NCBI GenBank assembly: GCA_964556545.1
Contig: CAZKWE010000092.1
Location: 9,213 to 73,212 of the forward strand
Reading direction: 5' to 3'
DNA length: 64,000 nucleotides
From: an uncultured Campylobacteraceae bacterium
Lineage (GTDB): Bacteria > Campylobacterota > Campylobacteria > Campylobacterales > JALSKU01
Under the pieces are notes generated by a model that saw only the letters and a list, made by a program, of their open reading frames with translations, was not told the DNA's origin and did no database searches. The position numbers and the translations under genes were made by a program. Of this stretch, positions 59,632 to 64,000 are shown in pieces (within the stretch, counting starts at the first letter, position 1; each line of letters begins with the position of its first letter).

Positions 59632-61189
59632 ATTTTTTATACAGCTTTATGCAAAAAACTGCCCCGTCTTCGTCATTGTATGCCTTTAAACTGCCTTTCA
59701 TATTTTTTTCTATGATAAGTTTTGACATATACAGTCCTATTCCCGTACCCGAAGAAGTATCTTTAGTGGTAAAATACGGTTCAAATATCTTTTCTATCGG
59801 TTTTGTCCGTATTCCGCCGGCATTATCTTTGATATATAGTTTTATTATATTATCATTATTTGATTCTAATGATATGACAACTTGTGGATTTTTTATGCTA
59901 TTTTTCATAAGAGCATATTTTGCATTTGAAAGAATATTTAAAACAACTTGTTCAAACTCACTCTCATAACCGTATATTTTGATATCTTTGTCTATATTGA
60001 TAACAATTTTGATATTTTTATCTTTTAAAGATGATTCCATGATCGAAAGAACTCTCATAACAGCCTGTTTTATGCTAAAAAGTTTCATTTTTTTATCCGG
60101 AATAAAAAAGTTTCTAAAATCATCTATGGTTTGAGACATAAATTCCAAAAGCCTGTCTATATCATCTCCTTTTTTTTGCATATATTCACTATCAAGCAAA
60201 CCTTTTTGATATCTCATTTTTATATTCATCATAATTGATGAAAGCTCATTTAACGGCTGTCTCCACTGATGAGCTATATTGCTTATCATTTCACCAAGAG
60301 CTATAAATTTTGACTTTTGAATTAAAAATTGATCTTTTTCCCTATTTTTTTCTACTTCTTTTTTTACCCTTTCTTCCAAATTTCTGTTTAGATTTTCAAG
60401 TTCAAATGCTTTGTGACTTACTTCGTCTCTGTAATTTTGAAAAAATCTGTCTATTCTATTGCCAAGAAATATAGCAAACAAAAAAGCTATTATATAAAAT
60501 ACTAAATATACTATTACTGTTAAAATTATCTCTTTTTTTACACTTTTTAAGAGTTCACTTCTTTTTTTTGCTATAGATTTTTCTATATCATCAAGATACA
60601 CACCTGCCGCCACAACCCAGTTGTATTTTTTATACAGTTTAAAATATGACAGTTTCAATATCTTTTTAACTGTTTTTGGTTTTTTATATCGGTACATTAC
60701 AAATGATTCACCCTTTTTCTTTATATCTTTTAAAAACTGTTCTCTAAACATTTTCCCGTCGGCATCTTTGTATTTTGAAGAGATATATTTACCTATAAGA
60801 TCCGCTCTATTTGGATTGATAAACATTTTGGCAAATTTTTCTCCGCCATTAAAATTGATAATTTTATAAACAAATATATAATTCAGTCTGTTTTCTCCAA
60901 ATCTTATGGAACTTATATAATCTTTTATCAATTTCAGTGATTTTTTATTGTCAATATATTCATTTTTATCCATAAAATCTATAAAATGCACAACCGAGTC
61001 AACTTCTCTTTTTAAAAATATTTTTTGGTTGTTAATTCTCTCTTTTTTTAAATTATCCAACTCTTTTTCAAACTCTTCATACTGCCTGTCGGTAGAAAAA
61101 TATACTGTAAAAGTCATAAGAGCAAAAAGTATAACGGTAAAAGAGATGATTATAACTTTTGCTATATTGTTTTCTTTGATAATTTTCAT
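59630..61189 (-). CDS. sensor histidine kinase with periplasmic Cache domain
   Basis: 519 aa. TM, a Cache_2-like domain (YIFVYK...YRYKKP...KLSYFKLYKKYNWVVAAGVYLDDIE), TM, H-box IAHQWRQPL, N box NILSNAKYA, G boxes DNAGGI and GTGIGL. Confidence 0.8.
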   Translation of the reverse strand: MKIIKENNIAKVIIISFTVILFALMTFTVYFSTDRQYEEFEKELDNLKKERINNQKIFLKREVDSVVHFIDFMDKNEYIDNKKSLKLIKDYISSIRFGENRLNYIFVYKIINFNGGEKFAKMFINPNRADLIGKYISSKYKDADGKMFREQFLKDIKKKGESFVMYRYKKPKTVKKILKLSYFKLYKKYNWVVAAGVYLDDIEKSIAKKRSELLKSVKKEIILTVIVYLVFYIIAFLFAIFLGNRIDRFFQNYRDEVSHKAFELENLNRNLEERVKKEVEKNREKDQFLIQKSKFIALGEMISNIAHQWRQPLNELSSIMMNIKMRYQKGLLDSEYMQKKGDDIDRLLEFMSQTIDDFRNFFIPDKKMKLFSIKQAVMRVLSIMESSLKDKNIKIVINIDKDIKIYGYESEFEQVVLNILSNAKYALMKNSIKNPQVVISLESNNDNIIKLYIKDNAGGIRTKPIEKIFEPYFTTKDTSSGTGIGLYMSKLIIEKNMKGSLKAYNDEDGAVFCIKLYKK

Positions 61190-61276
61190 TTTTTTCCTAT
61201 TTTTATTGATTTTATTGGTAAATTATTATATCATACATTGCTATAACATTTTATGAACATCTCTAAAAGGTAAAAT

Positions 61277-61954
61277 ATGAAAAACAAATTGGAACATTTA
61301 AAAAATTATACTGTTTTATATGCTGAGGACGAACCGGGTACAAGAGAAAATATATCCGAACTTTTAAAAATGATGTTTAAAAAAGTATATGTTGCTGACA
61401 ATGGAGATGATGCATATGAACTTTATCTTAGACATATGCCTGATCTTGTTATAACGGATATAAAAATGCCCGGACTTGACGGAATAGAGCTTGCAAAGGA
61501 GATAAGAAAGATAAGCTCTTCTACCCAGATTATAGTTATTTCGGCTTATACTGATGTTGATTATATGCTTAGTGCGGTTGAGCTTTCACTTATAAGATAC
61601 ATAGTAAAACCTTTGACGCAGACAAAGTTAAACAAAGCTTTGGAACTTTTCTTAAAAAATAAAGAAAAAAGAAAAATTTATGAACTTGAAGACGGATGGC
61701 GATATGATGAAGATAAACATATCACTATCGACCCTGAAGGAAATGAACATAAACTTACAAAAAAAGAAGACAGACTTTTAAAACTGCTTTCCGAAAAAGA
61801 TAGAACAGTAACTTATAAAGAGATAGAAACTTATGTATGGGGATATGATAATGCAATGAGCCAAAATGCCCTAAGACTGCTCGCAAAAAATCTTAGAAAA
61901 AAACTTCCTGATGGTCTTGTAAAAAATATACATGCTACCGGATACAGACTGTAA
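61277..61954 (+). CDS. OmpR-type response regulator
   Basis: 225 aa. Receiver domain (DLVITDIKMPGLDG, VKP) and C-terminal winged-helix (LT.KE..LL..L, TGYRL). Confidence 0.8.
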   Translation: MKNKLEHLKNYTVLYAEDEPGTRENISELLKMMFKKVYVADNGDDAYELYLRHMPDLVITDIKMPGLDGIELAKEIRKISSSTQIIVISAYTDVDYMLSAVELSLIRYIVKPLTQTKLNKALELFLKNKEKRKIYELEDGWRYDEDKHITIDPEGNEHKLTKKEDRLLKLLSEKDRTVTYKEIETYVWGYDNAMSQNALRLLAKNLRKKLPDGLVKNIHATGYRL

Positions 61955-62085
61955 GACCACTTCCAATCAGGTGCTTGACTATAAATTTATTTTTTGTTTA
62001 AAGGCACCTGCAAGTTTCCAAAATATTTAAAACTTTCATTTTGTTTCAAAATTAAATACCTTATTAAAAAAATTTCAATTTTATT

Positions 62086-62107
62086 ATAATTTACATATAA
62101 TTTACAT
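62086..62107 (+). promoter_or_regulatory. tandem 11-bp direct repeat (ATAATTTACAT x2) upstream of dctP
   Basis: Two perfect adjacent copies ending 10 nt upstream of a TACAAT -10-like hexamer (62118-62123). The one-helical-turn spacing is typical of OmpR/PhoB-type sites. Confidence 0.45.
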
Positions 62108-62150
62108 ACAATAATATTACAATAGATGCAAAATTTTACAAGGAGTTATT

Positions 62151-63146
62151 ATGAGAAAAAGCCTCAAAGCTATAATGATAGCAAGTTTATTGGCTTCAAG
62201 TACATTTGCAGCTGATTATGTGCTTAAGTTTTCACATGTTGTTAGTCCAAATACACCAAAAGGCAAGGCAGCTGATTTTTTTGCCAAAAGATTGGAGGAA
62301 TTAAGCGGCGGAAAGATAGATGTTCAGGTTTATCCGAATTCTCAGTTGTATAAAGATAAAGCCGTTTTAAAAGCTCTTAAGCTAAACTCGGTCCAAATGG
62401 CATGTCCTAGCTTTTCAAAATTCGGAAGATTTGTGCCTCAGCTTGCACTTTTTGATCTTCCTTTCCTGTTTAAAGATATGGATCATGTTCACAGAGTTCA
62501 AGACAGTAAAGTCGGAGCAAAACTTAAAAATATGGTAACCAAAAAGGGCTATGTAGCACTTGATTTTTGGGATAACGGCTTTAAAGAGTTAACTTCATCA
62601 AAAAAAGCCCTTCTTTGGCCAAAAGATGCAGCAGGACAAAAGTTTAGAATTATGAGTTCAAAAGTTCTTGAAGCACAATTTAAAGCAGTAGGTGCAAATC
62701 CTCAAATGATGCCTTTTAGCGAAGTTTACTCTGCACTTCAGCAAGGTGTTATTGATGGAGAAGAAAACACAATCTCCAATATATATACAAAAAAATTCTA
62801 TGAAGTTCAAAAGTATATGACTATGAGCAACCACGGATATTTGGGATATCTTGTAGTTATGAGCAAAAAATTCTGGAATTCACTTCCGTCCGATCTTAAA
62901 AAAGATGTAAAACAGGCTATGAAAGAAGCTACTGCAAAAGAGAGACAATATGCCATTGAGCTTAACAATTCTCAGTTTGCAAAGATCAAAGCTTATGCAG
63001 ATAAAACAGGAAAATTAAAGATATACAACCTAACTCCTGAACAAAGAGCGGCATGGGAAAAAGCTGAGAGCAAGATATATCCTCAGTTTTACAGTCCTAA
63101 GAAGATAGGCAAAGATCTTATCCAAGCAGCATTAAAACTAAAATAG
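62151..63146 (+). CDS. dctP: TRAP transporter substrate-binding protein DctP
   Basis: 331 aa, signal peptide, DctP-family pattern (LKFSHVVSPNTPKG..., FDLPFLF, WDNGFK). Confidence 0.85.
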   Translation: MRKSLKAIMIASLLASSTFAADYVLKFSHVVSPNTPKGKAADFFAKRLEELSGGKIDVQVYPNSQLYKDKAVLKALKLNSVQMACPSFSKFGRFVPQLALFDLPFLFKDMDHVHRVQDSKVGAKLKNMVTKKGYVALDFWDNGFKELTSSKKALLWPKDAAGQKFRIMSSKVLEAQFKAVGANPQMMPFSEVYSALQQGVIDGEENTISNIYTKKFYEVQKYMTMSNHGYLGYLVVMSKKFWNSLPSDLKKDVKQAMKEATAKERQYAIELNNSQFAKIKAYADKTGKLKIYNLTPEQRAAWEKAESKIYPQFYSPKKIGKDLIQAALKLK

Positions 63147-63156
63147 CACAACAGTT

Positions 63157-63975
63157 ATGTTTAGCCTGATTGATAAGATACTCGGCAGCATAAACAGATC
63201 CATTGCAGCTTTCGGCATTGCCGCCGGAGTTGCATTGGCTTTTATAAATGTTGTTGCAAGATACGGTTTTAACGGTTCAATTACATGGGCTAGTGAACTT
63301 ACAAACTACTTTTTTATCTGGAGTGCCTTTTTTGGAGCAGCTTACTGCTTTAAAAAAGACTCTCATATCTCTGTTACCATTCTTATGGAAAGACTTCCCG
63401 CACCTCTTATGAAAGCACTTATGATACTTTCTCATATTTTTGTTATCATATATCTCTCTGCAGTTGCATACTATGGTTACAAGTATATTCTTTTGGAAAT
63501 CGATATGGAAGAAGTATCTGTTGATTTAATAGTACCGCAGATATCATGGCTTGGTATGAGTGACGAATGGGCTGTTCCTATGTGGATACCATATTCCGTT
63601 ATACCTTTGGCTTTTGCTTCAGCCGCTGTAAGAGTTTTTGAAAAATTGGTTGAAATTATCAAAACTCCTGCCGAATTAGCCAGACGAGAGAGTGAAGCAG
63701 AGATGATACTTGCAAAAATGCAAGAAAGTGAAGATGAAGAAAAACTTGAAAAAATTGAAAAAATAGTAGAAACCAATGAAGAGATTGACAAAATTGAAAG
63801 AATAGAGGAAAAATTAGAGACACTTGAAAAAGAAATGGAAAAAATCATAGAAAATGAGGTTGATTCTCTTGATATAGATGAAAAAAGAGAAAGACTTAAA
63901 AAAATTGAGAAAAAATTAGAAACTTGTCATCAAAAACTTTCTCAAAAATTGACAAATTTAAAAAAGGAGAGTTAA
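63157..63975 (+). CDS. dctQ: TRAP transporter small permease DctQ with about 100-aa Glu/Lys-rich C-terminal extension
   Basis: The first 165 aa or so form 4 TM segments as in DctQ. Residues from about 171 to 272 are charged heptad-like repeats (EKLEKIEKIVE..., IERIEEKLETLEKEMEKI...). Confidence 0.75.
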   Translation: MFSLIDKILGSINRSIAAFGIAAGVALAFINVVARYGFNGSITWASELTNYFFIWSAFFGAAYCFKKDSHISVTILMERLPAPLMKALMILSHIFVIIYLSAVAYYGYKYILLEIDMEEVSVDLIVPQISWLGMSDEWAVPMWIPYSVIPLAFASAAVRVFEKLVEIIKTPAELARRESEAEMILAKMQESEDEEKLEKIEKIVETNEEIDKIERIEEKLETLEKEMEKIIENEVDSLDIDEKRERLKKIEKKLETCHQKLSQKLTNLKKES

Positions 63976-63976
63976 A

Positions 63977-64000
63977 ATGCATGTTTATATACTCTTCGGA
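63977..64000 (+). CDS. dctM: TRAP transporter large permease DctM, first 8 codons (continues beyond right edge)
   Basis: ATG at 63977 (MHVYILFG) 1 nt after the dctQ stop, preceded by AAGGAGAG. Assignment is by position only. Confidence 0.5.

Noticed and set aside
63477-63848. 123-aa minus-strand ORF rich in Ser/Ile/Phe
   Set aside because: It is the antisense mirror of the GAA/AAA-rich dctQ tail, with no start context and extreme low complexity. The many other antisense track ORFs inside recQ, nosZ, feoB, frdA and elsewhere were rejected the same way.
1-64000. CRISPR arrays, rRNA/tRNA genes, transposases, integrases, prophage blocks
   Set aside because: None was seen on either strand. The only short-period repeats are the 11-bp tandem at 62086-62107 and the low-complexity GAA/AAA repeats in the dctQ tail. 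The only stable RNA recognised is tmRNA.

Overview
AT-rich (about 30% GC by eye), densely coding chromosomal window. Gene content and protein similarity point to a Campylobacterota (epsilonproteobacterial) genome: FrdCAB closely resembles the Wolinella enzyme, the nos cluster is the Wolinella type, and the csd3-pgbA-glcD order matches my recollection of Helicobacter pylori. Left to right: partial aldehyde dehydrogenase, recQ, livKHMGF (minus strand), a seven-gene iorA-iorB-paaK-ACT-paaI-lysE-trpB operon, aguA, a CDF transporter, feoA-feoB-feoA with a perfect Fur box, a DUF302 gene, aguB, an M23 peptidase, a PgbA-N-like protein, glcD and yihY. A roughly 14.5 kb minus-strand block follows, holding a complete clade II nos cluster (nosZ-B-D-G-C1-C2-H-F-L-Y). 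It runs on into three further NosL-family genes, a MacB/FtsX-type ABC transporter and a Cys/His-motif polytopic membrane protein. After that come alr, htpX, rsmG, ribA, hemB, a CetB-like PAS protein, argF, hemN, a GlcF-like Fe-S protein, lgt, frdCAB, an AI-2E transporter, ruvB, panB, an HPt protein, trpA, a HigB/HigA-like toxin-antitoxin pair, tmRNA (ssrA), a lipoprotein, a Cache histidine kinase with an OmpR-type regulator, and dctPQM (TRAP transporter). Most notable observations: (1) the tightly coupled NosL-paralog / ABC / Cys-His membrane protein operon downstream of nosY, a candidate undescribed metal-trafficking module for N2O reductase; (2) identical class II-geometry TTGAT-N4-ATCAA promoters inside a roughly 37-bp shared module upstream of both nosZ and nosB, separated by a strong hairpin; (3) a 906-bp toxin-antitoxin insertion between trpA and ssrA, flanked by 82-bp direct repeats that duplicate the likely ssrA promoter; (4) a 270-bp highly structured element bounded by inverted repeats, sitting exactly between ribA and rsmG. 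No CRISPR array, rRNA, tRNA, transposase or integrase gene was seen. All calls rest on reading the translations and sequence by eye; no database search was run.
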